Shown: positions 17,121-31,299 of the stretch, piece after piece
Layout: each line of letters begins with the position of its first letter
Numbering within the stretch: the stretch's first letter is position 1
DNA from: Eledone cirrhosa
Taxonomy: Eukaryota
Length of the DNA stretch: 64,000 nucleotides
Assembly (NCBI GenBank): GCA_964016885.1
Contig: OZ024741.1
Span: forward strand, 105,214,001 to 105,278,000
Reading direction: 5' to 3'
Position numbers and translations under genes: made by a program
The notes under the pieces: generated by a model
What the model was told of the DNA's origin: nothing
The model's input: only the letters and a program-made list of their open reading frames with translations
Databases searched by the model: none

Positions 17121-19590
17121 TTAAATAACAGATTAAAGTTTAAGCAAAGAATCGCTGCTTTCATCCTTAACGGGATCTTCTGAAACTAACAAAGTCAATC
17201 TGTAAACGCAGAACTGGATATTTCAAAAAATGTTGCAACCGGAGGAAGACAGAAAGACGATACTTTGGTTCGTGGAAACGTTCGCTGGCAAAGAACGGAA
17301 AAAAACGAATAATACGTCATTAATAGGAGCGGTGAAAAACAATTACGCGCAAAGACAGAACCACGTTTATGGTATAAAAGAGGTCGTAGACTAATGTTCT
17401 TTTAGGTGGTGCATAGAGACGTTCTCTGGCAATGAACGAAAAAACGAAGATAATACGTCATATGTGGAGCGTGGAGAACAATAGCACGCCAAGACAAAAC
17501 CACGTAAATGGTATAGCAGAAGTCGTAGACTAAAATTCTAACTAGGAGACCAAATGAATCTCCGCTACAGAGTTAAGAACAAAGTAAATAAATACAATAC
17601 AGAAGTAATAGAAATAAATAAATACATACACGCAAACAAATACGTACATACACAAGCATACGCAAAACCTTACCATAGGTATACAAAACCACGTACATAT
17701 AAATATGTGTGTGTGTGTATGTGTGTATACAAATAAATAAATAATTATATAAACGTATAAGAATAAATAAATACGTATATAACAAGCGCACACACATACC
17801 TACATATAAATACACAAATGTTCGGAGACGTAAGTCAACTAAAACAAGAAGTACACATATACACACACCCACCATACGTACGAACCTGCATACTCACACA
17901 GACGCAAAACTCCCGTATACACATAGCCAAACCCTATGTACCAGAAATATAAAATTATACGCCATAACAATCAAATATACGTACGAGAAGGTATACGTAC
18001 CTTCACAAAACATACGGGTAATATATACTTACCTATGCAAATAAGTAAAGGAATAAACAAAACATATACTTAGCTCCCACATCAAGACGTAAAATATCCA
18101 CGTATAGATCGTACTATCCGTTAGGGTATAACGTGGGGCTGTAATACAGGAAAGTTTTGTGCAATTTATGTTTACAAGCCGAAATTGCCTCAGATTTTTT
18201 GTTTAAGATGTGGTCTGTGGCGTAGAGTATTTCCAGGGCCTCAGCGGCGCAGAGGTCACATGGTCTTTTATTTCCGTTATACGATCTAGCCCTAGCTAGG
18301 ATCTCCCAGTGTAACTTATATTGAATGGGTATGCATCAGCGTCTTTACATGCATACCCATTCTTTTCGTTACCCTCTAAGAAGGAATATGACGTCACTTT
18401 CAGCTTATATCTGGAGTCTAAAAGACAACCACACCCAATATAAGTTACACTGGGAGATCCTAGCTGAGGCTAGATCGTATAACGGAAATAAAAGACCATG
18501 TGACCTCTGCGCCGCTGAGGCCCTGGAAATACTCTACGCCACAGACCACATCTTAAACAAAAAATCTGAGGCAATTTCGGCTTGTAAACATAAATTGCAC
18601 AAAACTTTCCTGTATTACAGCCCCACGTTATACCCTAACGGATAGTACGATCTATACGTGGATATTTTACGTCTTGATGTGGGAGCTAAGTATATGTTTT
18701 ATTTATTCCTTTACTTATTTGCATAGGTAAGTATATATTACCCGTATGTTTTGTGAAGGTACGTATACCTTCTCGTACGTATATTTGATTGTTATGGCGT
18801 ATAATTTTATATTTCTGGTACATAGGGTTTGGCTATGTGTATACGGGAGTTTTGCGTCTGTGTGAGTATGCAGGTTCGTACGTATGGTGGGTGTGTGTAT
18901 ATGTGTACTTCTTGTTTTAGTTGACTTACGTCTCCGAACATTTGTGTATTTATATGTAGGTATGTGTGTGCGCTTGTTATATACGTATTTATTTATTCTT
19001 ATACGTTTATATAATTATTTATTTATTTGTATACACACATACACACACACACATATTTATATGTGCGTGGTTTTGTATACCTATGGTAAGGTTTTGCGTA
19101 TGCTTGTGTATGTACGTATTTGTTTGCGTGTATGTATTTATTTATTTCTATTACTTCTGTATTGTATTTATTTACTTTGTTCTTAACTCTGTAGCGGAGA
19201 TTCATTTGGTCTCCTAGTTAGAATTTTAGTCTACGACTTCTGCTATACCATTTACGTGGTTTTGTCTTGGCGTGCTATTGTTCTCCACGCTACTATTAAT
19301 GACGTATTATTCGTTTTTTCCCGTTCTTTGCCAGCGAACGTTTCCACGAACCAAAGTATCGTCTTTCAGTCTTCCTCCGGTTGCAACGTTTTTTGAAATA
19401 TCCAGTTCTGCGTTTACAGATTGACTTTCAGAAGATCCCGTTAAGGGTGAAAGCAGCGATTCTTTTCTTAAACTTTAATCTGTTATTTTAATAAATATTT
19501 GCTCTACGGTTCTTATATATTTGATATATATTTATCCTTATCGAGCCCTCTTTGGATTTTAGTCTTCAAATTTATTATTATTACTATATA
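17121..19590. mobile_element. Penelope-like element with ~1.1-kb inverted duplication (family A): arms 17121-18323 and 18436-19490, plus tail
   Basis: Mirrored ORFs 17573-/18884+ and 17542-/18966+; GIY-YIG fragment at the centre; (TA)n flanks. Confidence 0.9.
18325..18645 (+). pseudogene. Penelope-like GIY-YIG endonuclease C-terminal fragment
   Basis: RLYMHTHSFR..TSLSAYIWSLKD..YKLHWEIL..ARSY..CDLCAAE..LNKKSE..CKH is the typical PLE endonuclease C-terminus. Confidence 0.85.
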
Positions 19591-19617
19591 TATTTATATA
19601 TATATATATATATATGT

Positions 19618-20415
19618 TTAATACATTAACAGAGAAAGCTTTAAGCAATACTCCGACCGGCTTCCGTCTCACTCAACAAACATTGGGATATGCTTTAGTA
19701 TAATCCCAATTATACGTTTGGGTGCTAACTATACGTATTTTGCGGACAGCCAGTTGTATTATTTTATATGAGACATAATTAAAATACATCTCTCTTTCCA
19801 AACGATCGTTTCATTATAAGTTTTCTACAAATTGGAAAAATAATGTCCAGGTTATGTAGAAGCCTACACATAGTCCGTAGGAATATATGTAGGTGGGCAC
19901 TTATAAATCATCAGTGGATGCCCGACAAATATCGATATAAAAAAAACCTTACCGATATTAATGTTCAGCGATGGTATCCCTCCGTGCTAGAATGACCGCC
20001 AAATTTGAAATTCCAGCAGTCTCACAATAGAAATCTCACACTGCCATCAAGCGGAAAGGGGAGGTCATCGCAAAACATACAAGAATAAAATAATATGCAC
20101 GCGGGTCAATTAATTCTTTCAATAATTTTAACCATGCGTGAAGAACTCAATTGGATATAAAAAAAATAAATATATGCATGTATTATTTATACACGCATAT
20201 AGGTATTTTCTTAGGCTAAAAACAGAGATAAGATACCGGAAGAACAATCAATATTTCATACAAAGAATAAATATGGAAAGTCATACCTAAAAAGTATCTG
20301 GAAATATTCATCCCTGGCCAAATCAAGAGTATAATATTTAATACATTAACAGAGAAAGCTTTAAACAATACTCCGACCGACTTCCGCCTCACTCAACAAC
20401 CATTAGGATATACCT
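19618..20415. repeat. ~75-bp direct repeat with 720-bp spacing (19618-19695 and 20338-20415)
   Basis: atacattaacagagaaagcttta at 19621 and 20341. Confidence 0.75.
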
Positions 20416-20550
20416 TATGGCAAGGGCCTTTCTGAGTTCAAATCCCGCCGAGGTTAACTTTGCCTTTCATCCTTACGGGGTCGATAAAATAAAGTACCAG
20501 TAATACACTGGGTAATTACTGGCCTTGTGCCAAAAGTAGAAACAATTATT
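20416..20550 (+). mobile_element. tRNA-derived SINE, 5'-truncated (Nin/Deu-type central domain)
   Basis: B-box gagttcaaatccc followed by gcctttcatccttacggggtcgataaaataaagtaccagt; six copies in the window. Confidence 0.85.
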
Positions 20551-20822
20551 TAATGTAGAAATGGTTGCTTCAGGACAAGAACTGTTTCATTCGTATGAAA
20601 TCGTCAGGAATGGCGAGTGACAATGAGAGTCGTTGATACTTATAGCTTTCCTAATGGGGATAGTAGTGGTGGGGTAGCTTATTTTAAAGAGCAGATATCA
20701 AGTAGTGAATTAGAGGGGCCGATAGGAGGAAGGAGGGAAGTAGGTGGTGGGGTAGAGAGAATGGGAAGAAAGGAAGAGAATTCTTTAAGTAGGTGAAGAA
20801 GAATTTTAAAAGATAGAATTCA
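20551..20822 (-). mobile_element. Family C tail copy with an HHR-like core (~20573-20607)
   Basis: Reverse complement of 26916-27185; reads CTGACGA tttc atac gaat GAAAC agttctt GTC. Confidence 0.65.
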
Positions 20823-20830
20823 TTAAGATT

Positions 20831-20936
20831 AACAGTATCGGTAGAGCGTCGGACACCATGCTTTGTAGCATAGAGTTACGGTTCTTTATGGTCTGAGTTC
20901 AAATCCCGCTGAAATTAGCTTTGCCTTTCACCCTTA
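20831..20936 (+). mobile_element. tRNA-derived SINE, partial
   Basis: Matches the head of the 35791 copy. Confidence 0.75.
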
Positions 20937-20965
20937 AAACAACAGTATTGCAACAGTATTCCCCT

Positions 20966-21310
20966 AATTTACTTATTTATTTTTTTATTTGTTTAATCTT
21001 AAGGCTACGTATTTATATTTCCGTACTATCCATTATTAGAGAAGATTCAAGTGTAACTATGTTATGACGCATTGAATTTGTAGGTTTAGTGATTATGTTA
21101 AAGTGTAGGTGGAGGTTAATGTCTACGGAATATGCTAACTATATATTCTTTCCTGAGATTATATAGTTAGCATATTCCGTAAGCGTTAAACATATAAATT
21201 CAGTACGTCATTACAGTTACACAAACATCTCCTTCTCTAACCATGCATAGCCCGGAAATACGAACACGTAGCCTTATGATTAAACAAATAAACAAATAAA
21301 TAAGTAAATT
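20966..21310. repeat. Diverged inverted repeat centred near 21152
   Basis: tacggaatatgctaactatata / tatatagttagcatattccgta, plus outer arms. Confidence 0.75.
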
Positions 21311-21639
21311 GTTCGAACCAATTCTTTACCATATATGAACCGGAGCGACTGAACCCTCAGGTAAATTGATACCTTAGCTTTCCGTCCCCAGTTGAAAATT
21401 GCAGGGGTCACAAACATCCGTTGTTGCTAACACCGGTACCGGGACAAACAACCCACAACCAGCAACGTCAGCACCAGCAGCACCAACAGTAGAAGCAATA
21501 GTATCACCAGCAGCGGCTTAACCACCAACAACAACAGAATCAACCCAAGGAGAAGATGAGGAAAGCTCTCCCATTTCCTCTCCCCCTCCACAAACAAATA
21601 CACACATAAACACCCAGAAAGACGCAAGCACACAAACAT

Positions 21640-24620
21640 CCGAATCTGACACAGAAACCTCGTCTTCTCGGACGGCTGGATTTCTTTAGGTGCCTGGAAG
21701 CCTTTCTGGGAACGTTTCGCCCTTTACTGTTAGTGAGGGACTGTAACGATATCTTAGACGCACGCTGGGATTGTGTGGAAGTAGCTGATAGGTGCGAGAG
21801 GTGCAAAAGCCTCAAGAACCTGATCAGCCATTTCCAACTGTCTCACAAGTACCGACTAGATATCCCGAATGCGCCAGTGTGGACCTGAACAAACCGCATA
21901 GGGTAATCTACATCGTATATTGATAGGTTTTTCCTTAGGTCAGCAGATAAGATTAGCGTAGGTTATCCACAATTCCGAACAGTCGCTTATTCAGATCACA
22001 AGTTAGTGATCTGCATATTCGATCTAGATAGAACTCAAGGTCTAGAATCTGGTTACTGGAAGCTTAAGAGGTCATTCCCGACGTGTAAAGTCTATAGGGA
22101 CCGGGTCACCGCTTTACTTAAGTGTAAGTTGACAGGGGAGATCGTAAACAAGTGGTGGGGTGCTTTCAAGAGATGGATTAGAGTAGTTTCAATAGGTTTT
22201 AGAAAAGAAGTAGCTTTTGAATAAAATAGAAAGGGGATGGAGCTGGTAGCTAAATTAGACGAGGGGATTAGGAGAGGATTTGAAACTGACGTGCTAGCAG
22301 CAAGAATGGCATTAGACCATTTCTTAAATGCGAAACACGAAGGTGGCATTGTCAGTGCTAAGGCGCGTGTTCTAAGAAGCGAGGGGATGAACGTTGTTCG
22401 GTGGGCCTGAGTGACAAAGGCGGAGCATGGCAACAAAACCACCATTTGGTCTTTAATGGACCGAAACGAACGCATGCCGAACGATCCAGCCAGATGTGTG
22501 CAGCATTTTTGCCGGCACTTTGCAAGACTGTTCCAAGGAAGCTGGGGTTCGGATACGGTAACGGACTTCATTTCCTGTCTCGACGGCCTCCTGCAACGCT
22601 CGCCAGCCGATGCCGAGTGCAGCGAAAGGCCGATAACCTCAACCGAGATTTGGGATGCCCTGGTCGGATGCATAAGGCGCAAGTCATCCAATTTGGATGG
22701 GTAACGCTGATGAGGAAAGACGAGAGCAAGAGGAACACTTTAGACAATTTCAGGCCTATAACTCTGAGTTTAAGATGTTGACCAAGGTGTTAGCGAAATG
22801 ATTGACGCTTGTTGCCGAGAATCTGGTAGCGGAGGCGTAAACTTGCACAATCCCGACCAGGTCCATACACGACAACCTCCACCTCATGCGATACATCATA
22901 GAGGGGGGAAGAAGTAAACCTGGCTTCGGTGGGGCTATGATCAATTTAGATCAATCGAAAGCTTTCGATACCTAGAGGCTGTCCTAAAGGCAGCTGGCTT
23001 CGGTCCTATCTTCAGAGGCTAGATTGCTGCAATGCACAGCGGCATCTGATCTATGGTCAAAATAAACGACCACCTTTCGGAACCGATTTAGATCACACGA
23101 TCAGTCCGTCAATGGTGCCCTTTCTCCTCCCTTCTGTACATATTGACTCTCAAGAGTCTTTTCTGTCGAAGCTGGTGCAGATGACATCACAGTGATGGTG
23201 TCGAACACCTCGGAAGCCGAGGTAGTCGGCGCCTTCTTAGAGGAATATGAAAGGTTAACGGGAGAAAAACTGAGCCCGAAAAAGTTGGAGGGTTTGCGGC
23301 TCAGCACCTGGAGAGACAAATCCATACCGTTCAACAACGTCGTCGGACGTTTGACGTACGGACCTGTAAAGTTGCTCGGGGTCTCGTTCTGATGAGACCT
23401 CCAGGTGGATAAAAACTGGGATGAGGTAACGAAGACGGTGACCACTTCCACCCAGAAATGGGCCGAAAGACAGCTATCCCAGAAAGGTCGGGCAGAGGTG
23501 GCGAACGCGTACATCACGTCCGTCATCTATAACCACATGACCGTCGTGCATTGCCCCTGTTCGCACCCCACCAAATTAGAACGCCTGCTCTTCAGCTTCT
23601 TGTGGAAGGGACAGGTTCCATTGGTGAGGTGATGCAACTTCTGCTAGCATCCTCTACACGGAGGGCTGGGCTAATTTGCGCAAACGCTCGCTGAGGCTAC
23701 GACATCTTCAGATAATCGGTGAACAGGTTTGGTCGCCGTTTGTGAGGCAGGTCTTTCTGCAGTTCGTCTCTTTGACTGAACTGCTGCTCTGGGTCAAGAA
23801 AAACCGAAACTGGGCGCCAGACACCTGGAATGTTGCCAAGCGCTCACTGCCTTCTACCAGGCGAGATTTGCGCTCAATGGAAATTACACTCTGGACTTCT
23901 ATAGAGGATTAGTGGTGGGTAAGTGCAACGACGCTCTCAGAGAGGCTCTAGGCTTCGACGAAATCGAACCGGCCTGTCTGTTCCGGGGGACTTTCGAGCC
24001 GGGAACTAGGGATAATTTCCAGGAATCCCTCTCGGCAGTGCTATCTGGAGGCACTGCTGATTTGAGATAAAGTCTACAGACACGGAAGTGCAGTCAGATG
24101 GATCTGTCCGAGATGAACGCAGAGCGACGAAACCGTTCTGCTCGCACCTGTCCAGTGCCCGTGCATTACTGACTTATTGAGTTATGTCGAACAGCTGTTA
24201 TCGCATGTGCGACGGATCTGGCTATTGACCGAGTCCATAGTGAAGATTTCCCGCCGCCTTCTTTTGGCCAGGAAGGGCAGACAGTTTTCTTCTGTCTGTT
24301 GACCGTAGGTTGTGTGACGGACGAGGCTGAAAGAACTGAAGACAGACACTTGCAAAGGAAGGTGAAAGTGGAGAAGAAAGTCTGTGCCCCCCCCCCCATT
24401 ACATTTACTAAATGATGCGCGAATATTGTGATGATGGCCTGTAGGCTGGCTGATAGGGAAAGGAAAGGGGCACCCATTGGGTTCTCACGGGGCTTCGGGT
24501 GGTTCACGATTCGTGGGAAACCTGAGTCGCTCTTCGGTGGTTCTCCTCCCTATAGAGTAATTTGTATGATATAATTATATTGTTTATTGTTATTGCTTTT
24601 TTTATATTGTTTACACGATT
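21640..24620 (+). mobile_element. Decayed Tx1/L1-clade LINE ORF2 (APE endonuclease, RT, zinc-binding region)
   Basis: Motifs in order: LLVRDCNDILD (GDFN-like), YSDHKLV, NFRPITL, SIHDNLHLMRYI, LDQSKAFD, SVRQWCPFSSLLY, ADDITV, CPR..DETV...QCP; many stops and frameshifts. Confidence 0.9.
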
Positions 24621-24697
24621 TTTCTGTAAAGTCCCCCACTGTCCCGATCTTTTGTAATCTCCCCTATATGTCGGCCTTGGTGGCCAATACAGAAAAT

Positions 24698-24710
24698 AGT
24701 ACTACTACTA

Positions 24711-24745
<35 letters not shown>

Positions 24746-24848
24746 ACTACTACTACTACTACTGCTACTACTTCTGTTGCTAGTACTACTACTGCTACTA
24801 CTACTGCTGCTGTCATTATTACTACTACTACTGTTGCTGCTACTGCTG

Positions 24849-24886
<38 letters not shown>

Positions 24887-24912
24887 GCTACTACTACTAC
24901 TACTACTACTAC
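24698..24912. repeat. (CTA/CTG)n trinucleotide tract
   Basis: Seen directly. Confidence 0.95.
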
Positions 24913-25133
24913 AAGTGTCAATCAAAAGTGAGTTCCAACTACATCAATTACTACAGGAGAAGCAATTGCTACTAATAATAAAATTCCCTTTTAATTCCAA
25001 GGTTACCAGATTGGCAATCCTTCTGTCCACTTATCTACGCGACAAAAATCTGCTACGAATGTATTGTTTGTATATATACATATATAAATGTTTCGGTGCA
25101 TATACGTGTGTATGAATGTGTGTACATATATAC

Positions 25134-25181
<48 letters not shown>

Positions 25182-25183
<2 letters not shown>

Positions 25184-25620
25184 TAGCAGAGGTACCCGGC
25201 GTTGCTCGGGTATTAAATAGCAGTTGTGTATACCATTTATGTCAATACTTCAGTGCTATATCGAAAACTATACTTTTACAAAATCATCGGCTTTTTCCAA
25301 AAGAGGGTTCCTGTCCCCGTGGGGTCCCCTACTCAATATGTGCCAATTCTAAGAGTTCACATTCATCTGTAGGACAAACGTAGCCCATGTGTCACGTTTT
25401 GTGAAAATCGGTTGCGAACTCCAGAAGTTATGACGTTTTGTTTCATTGCACTGCAGTTCTTCAGTCGACTCCAAGGAAGTGGTTAAAGGGGGTTATCTGC
25501 CGGGAGGCCCTATAATCAATATCTGTAAAAATGAAAGTGCCCATGACCATCCGGAGTACATAAGTAACCTATGTCTTAAGTTTGGTGAAAATACTGTAGA
25601 AATGCATAAGGTTTATACAC
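25182..25620 (+). mobile_element. Non-autonomous Helentron/HINE-like element
   Basis: Starts actagcagaggtacccggcgttgctcggg, a subterminal hairpin shared with 38164. The right end is uncertain. Confidence 0.55.
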
Positions 25621-25829
25621 GCGCGCTCTCGTGTGTGTGGGGGGGGGGGTATGTATTTGTGTGTGCGTATGTATATGTATGTGCGTCGGAGCATACGTAT
25701 GTACTGGCCTAAATCTTCACTATTTACTTTTACTATTTTAATAACCTCTGTCATTTTCGTTTTCAATTTTATTTACACTCCGGGGCTGGAAATCATTCTG
25801 TTATGTTAAATAGAATATTAGTCTAACGA

Positions 25830-26022
25830 CTCCATTTATACCATAAACTTGGTCTTGTCTTTGCATGAAATTGTTCTTCTCGCTCCACATAACGACGTAT
25901 TATCCTCGCTTTTTTTTTTTTCGTTCATTGCCAGGGAACGTCTTCACGAACCAAAATATCGTCTTCCTGTTTTCCTTCGGTTGGAACGTTTCTCGAAATA
26001 TTTACTTCTGCGTTCACAGATT
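25830..26022 (+). mobile_element. Diverged family A fragment
   Basis: Homologous to 19245-19425 and to the reverse complement of 38925-39048. Confidence 0.65.
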
Positions 26023-26319
26023 ACTCTCAGTTCAATTTGAATGGGAAATTCCTGTTTCATCGATTTTCTCCGTAACATTGGAAGCCTGTACCCTAAAAGT
26101 CGACCCAATGCCTCCTCGGGTCATTCTGCATAACTGTGTAAATGTTCGCTGCATTACACCAATCCGTTTCGACGTTTATCCGACTACACCTACTTACTTA
26201 AATATACAACATCCGACCACTTCCAATTTATATAGTAGATATGTGTGTGTGTGTCTGTGTGTGCGTATATATATATATATAAAATGTATATGTATGTATA
26301 TTTATATAATGTATGTATG

Positions 26320-26394
<75 letters not shown>

Positions 26395-26468
26395 GTATAC
26401 ACATACACGCACTGTAAAATTGCCCCCTATGTTTTTTGTTTGTTTCCTTTATTAACTATATGCATATA

Positions 26469-26649
26469 TAATTGTTTCTACTTTTGGCACAAGGCCAGCA
26501 ATTACGCAGTGCATTACTGGTACTTTATTTTATCAACCCCGTAAGGATGAAAGGCAAAGTTAACCTCGGCGGGATTTGAACTCAGAATGGAAAGGGGCGT
26601 AACTCTATGCGTCAAAGCATGGCGCCCGACCCTCTACTGATACTGTCAA
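26469..26649 (-). mobile_element. tRNA-derived SINE, full length
   Basis: Reverse complement of the 37514 copy. Confidence 0.9.
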
Positions 26650-26841
26650 TCCACCGCCCTATATGCATATATAATGAATCCTATCATTTGAAATTCTCCA
26701 CCTACTCAAAGAATTCTCTTCCTTCTTCCCATTCACAACTTCCAACTCCCTCAACCCCCTCCTCTAATCCACTACTTGATGCTCCTTATATGTGTGTCTG
26801 TATAAATGTTTATGTGTACTTGTTTATATGTGTGTGTGTGT

Positions 26842-26910
<69 letters not shown>

Positions 26911-26915
26911 TGTAA

Positions 26916-27260
26916 TGAGTCCTATCTTTTGAAATTCTCCACCTACTCAAAGAAATCTCTTCCTTTCTTCCCATTCTGCTTACCCTACCACCAAGCTCCC
27001 CCTATCCTCCTCCAACCCCCCTATAATCCACTACTTGATACCTGCTCCTTAAAATAGGTCCCCCACCACTACTATCCCCATTAGGAAACCTATAAGACTG
27101 AACAACTCTCAATTTCACTCGGCATTGCTGATGATTTCATACGAATGAAACAGTTCGAATCCTGTAGAAGCCATTTCTATATTAGATAATAATGTTTACA
27201 CTTTACTAATGTATTGAGTGCCTTTATAATCGTGGTTACTCCTGATTTCACCCGGAGTCT
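26916..27260 (+). mobile_element. Family C tail with an HHR-like core at ~27128-27161; partial upstream duplicate at 26672-26785
   Basis: CTGATGA tttc atac gaat GAAAC agttcga ATC ctgtagaagcc. Confidence 0.65.
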
Positions 27261-27280
27261 ACACACACACACATATAGAA

Positions 27281-27353
<73 letters not shown>

Positions 27354-27521
27354 AATATTAACGGAGTCATAGACTTGCGTTACTCCCTGTAAATTATGTG
27401 ATCAAATGAAAAGGAATCCTGAGCTCTTCAAAATACAATATGTAGAAAGGATAAAACACTAGAGAGAGAGTGTGTGTGCGATCGCACACACTCTCTCCCT
27501 CTCTCTCTCTAGTGTGTTATC

Positions 27522-27555
<34 letters not shown>

Positions 27556-27759
27556 TATTTGCAACAACACAACTCGCCATTTTTCATTTATATATATATA
27601 TATATATATATTTATATTTTCTTAAACCTTGAGTGTGTTTCAGTTTTCGTAATTCTTCAATACCTATTGTTTTAGCTATTTCTATTCCATTATCTATTCA
27701 TAATGGTGGGTACCTAAGGTACATGTAATATTCTATCATATATCTCAACACACAAACCA

Positions 27760-28327
27760 AGAAATACGGAAGCATACAACATTATTCACAAAAACATCCC
27801 ACTGTTGAAACAAGACCCAAGAAGGAAAAAAGCACTTGAAACACACAAAATAATCAAAAGCAGAAGATAACCTAAATCACTAAAAACATTACACACCAAT
27901 GTCAAATTACCCACCACAAACCCAAAACCAACTGTCAAAAAATGTGGTCGCTCTAATAGCGGAACTTGCACTCACCTCATTGTATACATTTCAATCAAGA
28001 CAAAATTTTGTTGTAAAAAATCATTTCACTTGCTCATCAAAAAATTTACTTTATGCCATTAAATGTAAAGGATGTAATGACGATTATATAGGGCAAACTA
28101 AACTCACCCTCAGAAACAGAATGACAATTCATCACCAACAATTACGAGACCCTACCACAAGACAGATACCACTCAGTGGACATCTAGACTTATGTGCAAA
28201 CGATAAGACACCCAAATTCCAAGTGTTCCCACTTTATCTTTGCACTGACAATACAATAGACCAAATACGAATAAATAAGAAAAATATGTTTATTCAAAAA
28301 TATAGACCAGCCTTTAATATAGTTTAA
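27760..28327 (+). pseudogene. Penelope-like GIY-YIG endonuclease fragment
   Basis: FTCSSKNLLYAIKCKGCNDDYIGQTKLTLRNRMTIH contains the LYxI..YIG motif; paralogous to 34280-34745. Confidence 0.9.
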
Positions 28328-29804
28328 TATACGTTAATATGTTAACATCATAACATGTTAACCATCCACACAGACACACACACACACACACATAATACCA
28401 TTCTCTATATTCGAAAATAAAGGACCAGAGCTTACTTTAACATACGTTAATATTTTAACACTTTAACATGCTAACCATACCTCCACACACACATACACAC
28501 AGAGACAGAACACCCTTCTCCATTTCTACTAATGGAATCTTTATCGAGACGATAAACCGCTTTGTTAAACACACATATACCCACAGACAAATAAAAAATA
28601 TATATTTCTCTTTTCTACCCTGCTACCACCATCGCCGCTGCCACCACTATCGATACAAACATTCAATTTATTTCAAAAGAAAGTCTGAATTTTGACACCT
28701 CAGCACGACATCAACCATACTCACTGAACCAGAACTATTTCCCCCCCTCTCATTTCTTGACAATTATCTTTTGTTAGCCATAAAACTTTCTATGACAAAC
28801 CATCATTCTCTGGCACTTATATTATATGGCCAATCATGTGGATGTGAAAATGGTAATAAAGAACCCTCAAACTTGAACTGGGGCGAAATTTGATGTACTT
28901 ATTCACGTGACAGTCATCAGCCAACCAAATTACACTTATAAAAAAACAACAATTTGAGGCAAATTATTTAAGGCAAATACAGTAAGAACTTTGGAACGCG
29001 AACTGGCGCGAAATTTATTGTATTATTCACGTGACAGTCGTCAACCAGCCAAATTAAATTATTCTTTTAAAAAAAACAGCAATTCGAGCCACTCTTTCCA
29101 CATAAAACAGAAAGGACTTTCGAACACCAACCAGATGCGAGAAAAACCACAAACCCTCCATCTCAATTCTATTTTTGAAAAGCATAAGGACTGTGAAACC
29201 GGGAAAGGAAATAAATAAATATTCTTAAAAAGACTCCAGTTGCATTTTCGATTCCTTTTCCTTATATATATATATAGTGTAAACAAAGTTTCACACACTT
29301 AACATGCGTGTGCTACCAATGATTTGGTGGTTCAGTCATGGCCATCACTGTATAATGGAGGAAGCATTTTAAAACTGGCCCTTCATTTAGGAACGTTGAC
29401 AAAAATATGAAAAAGGGAAATTGTTGTCCCTAGGGTAAATCTGCCTCCTAAATGTAGAGATGTATATTTGAATCAGGGGAGGTAATTCTGGGCTGAAAAC
29501 TGTATACGAATTTATCAGTTTCTATGGATATTCTGTCCATTGGATGAAGGGAATCAACTTAAGGGTTTATCAGGTACTTTGGGGATAGTTGATATGTTGT
29601 ATGTAAACGGACACACGGACACAGATGATGAATAATTAAGATTTTAAAATATAATAGACATACATTTGCGCGCATACGTGCGCTCGCACATGTATAATTT
29701 TGAACACAACTGTACGGGTAGCTATGTATGCATACATACATAAATAAATACAGACACAATGAATACACATATACATATATGCACACGTTTACATATATAT
29801 ATAT

Positions 29805-29837
29805 GGCTTGAGCTCAGCCGTCGGGGTCCTACTCGTT

Positions 29838-29839
<2 letters not shown>
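29805..29839 (+). mobile_element. 35-bp family B remnant within (TA)n
   Basis: ggcttgagctcagccgtcggggtcctactcgttcc. Confidence 0.7.
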
Positions 29840-29878
<39 letters not shown>

Positions 29879-30149
29879 GTTCGCAAGCATGCATATTCAC
29901 TCAAAATTATTTTAAGATCCGAGATGTAAGAGGTTAAATGTCTGATTGATCGTTGCTTGCTGTGTAATGTTGTAATCTTAATTACTCTTTCAACAATTCG
30001 CCAATCTGTGTATGTGCGTGGTGCGCTCATTGAGGGGTGCTAGAGGTAGGTGGTGTCATTGAGGGTTCAGGAGGTCTGGTTATATAATGTCTTGCGGCGC
30101 GAGCTTCCAGTAAGATAAAAAATTGAGTCTTTTGATGCCAGCATGACCT

Positions 30150-30665
30150 GAAGATTTCTGTCTTTGAGTTTAGGTAAACATCCGGTGAGTATAGATGATT
30201 TAGGATCCTGAATTTCTAAATTAGGCAGAGCGAGCATTTTTTGCTTTCGTTTTTAAATGGTGTTGAGTTTTCAAGCACTTTCCATGTGATGTCATAGGGT
30301 ATTCCCTTTTCTTTTAGCTGCCAAACCCTTTTTGCCAGTGACATAGTGGTTTTCATGTTGGAGTGTCTAAATGAGGAAAGGTGCAGGTAGAACCTTGACC
30401 ATACCTACATATTTTTCGCGGGTCTCTGGCTTGCTGGCTTTTGTGTATTGGATCTTTGCTTCCTAAATTATGGATTTAGCATTACAGTTTTGCTATAATG
30501 GACAGTCATATTTCTTCCTGCAAGAGCATCCTGGGTGTTCTTGTGGTTTGCTCTTTGCAGTTATTTTCGATTTTACGGATGGGGCGCAAGAATAGGAAAT
30601 TCTCACTGAACGTCAATTGAAGATCTTACAGTAGCTGTGTTGATGTGTAAAGTGCTTATCTATAT
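30150..30665 (-). pseudogene. Penelope-like GIY-YIG fragment (decayed)
   Basis: The minus strand reads KIFN*RSVRISYSC, EKYVG, FYLHLSSFRH, SLAKRVWQLKEKGIPYDITWKVL. Confidence 0.8.
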
Positions 30666-30824
30666 TGTCTAAGAATATATATACATATATATATATACTT
30701 ACACATATTTATATATATATACGCGCGCGCACACACACAGCCCTTTGTTTTCTGTTCCCTTTTTTTCCCATGTTTCTTTATACATACATATATGTACATG
30801 TACGTGTGTGTGTGTATGTGTGTT

Positions 30825-30912
<88 letters not shown>

Positions 30913-31299
30913 GGAAAGAAAGTTGTTTTTAATATTCCACACGATTAGAAATGTAAATAATTGAAGTTGAAAATGCACTTTAGAGCTTTGAGGAAGATAT
31001 ATTTACAATAAGTCACTTTACCAGTTTCACAATTTTTGTTCATTTTCAAAAGTAACAAGGGAAGACTTGGAGCTTTGCTGTATTTCTCAAGTCTAACTTA
31101 AGCTTAAAAGTTGTCTTGATTTAGAGAGAACAAGTCTTAAATTGCTCTGATTAAAATGCAGTTTGATTCGTTGAGGTTGGTCCGTGATTAAGCATAGAAT
31201 TTTGTTAGTTCTCTATTACGTCCGTGCATTCCAAAAACTTCAATGATAAGTGGCAAAATGAACAAGATTTGAATGCATGTAGGCATAACATTTGTTCTC

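Noticed and set aside
24587-25115. Thr/Ser/Leu-rich mucin-like ORFs
   Set aside because: (CTA)n repeat is open in several frames; no splice or homology support.
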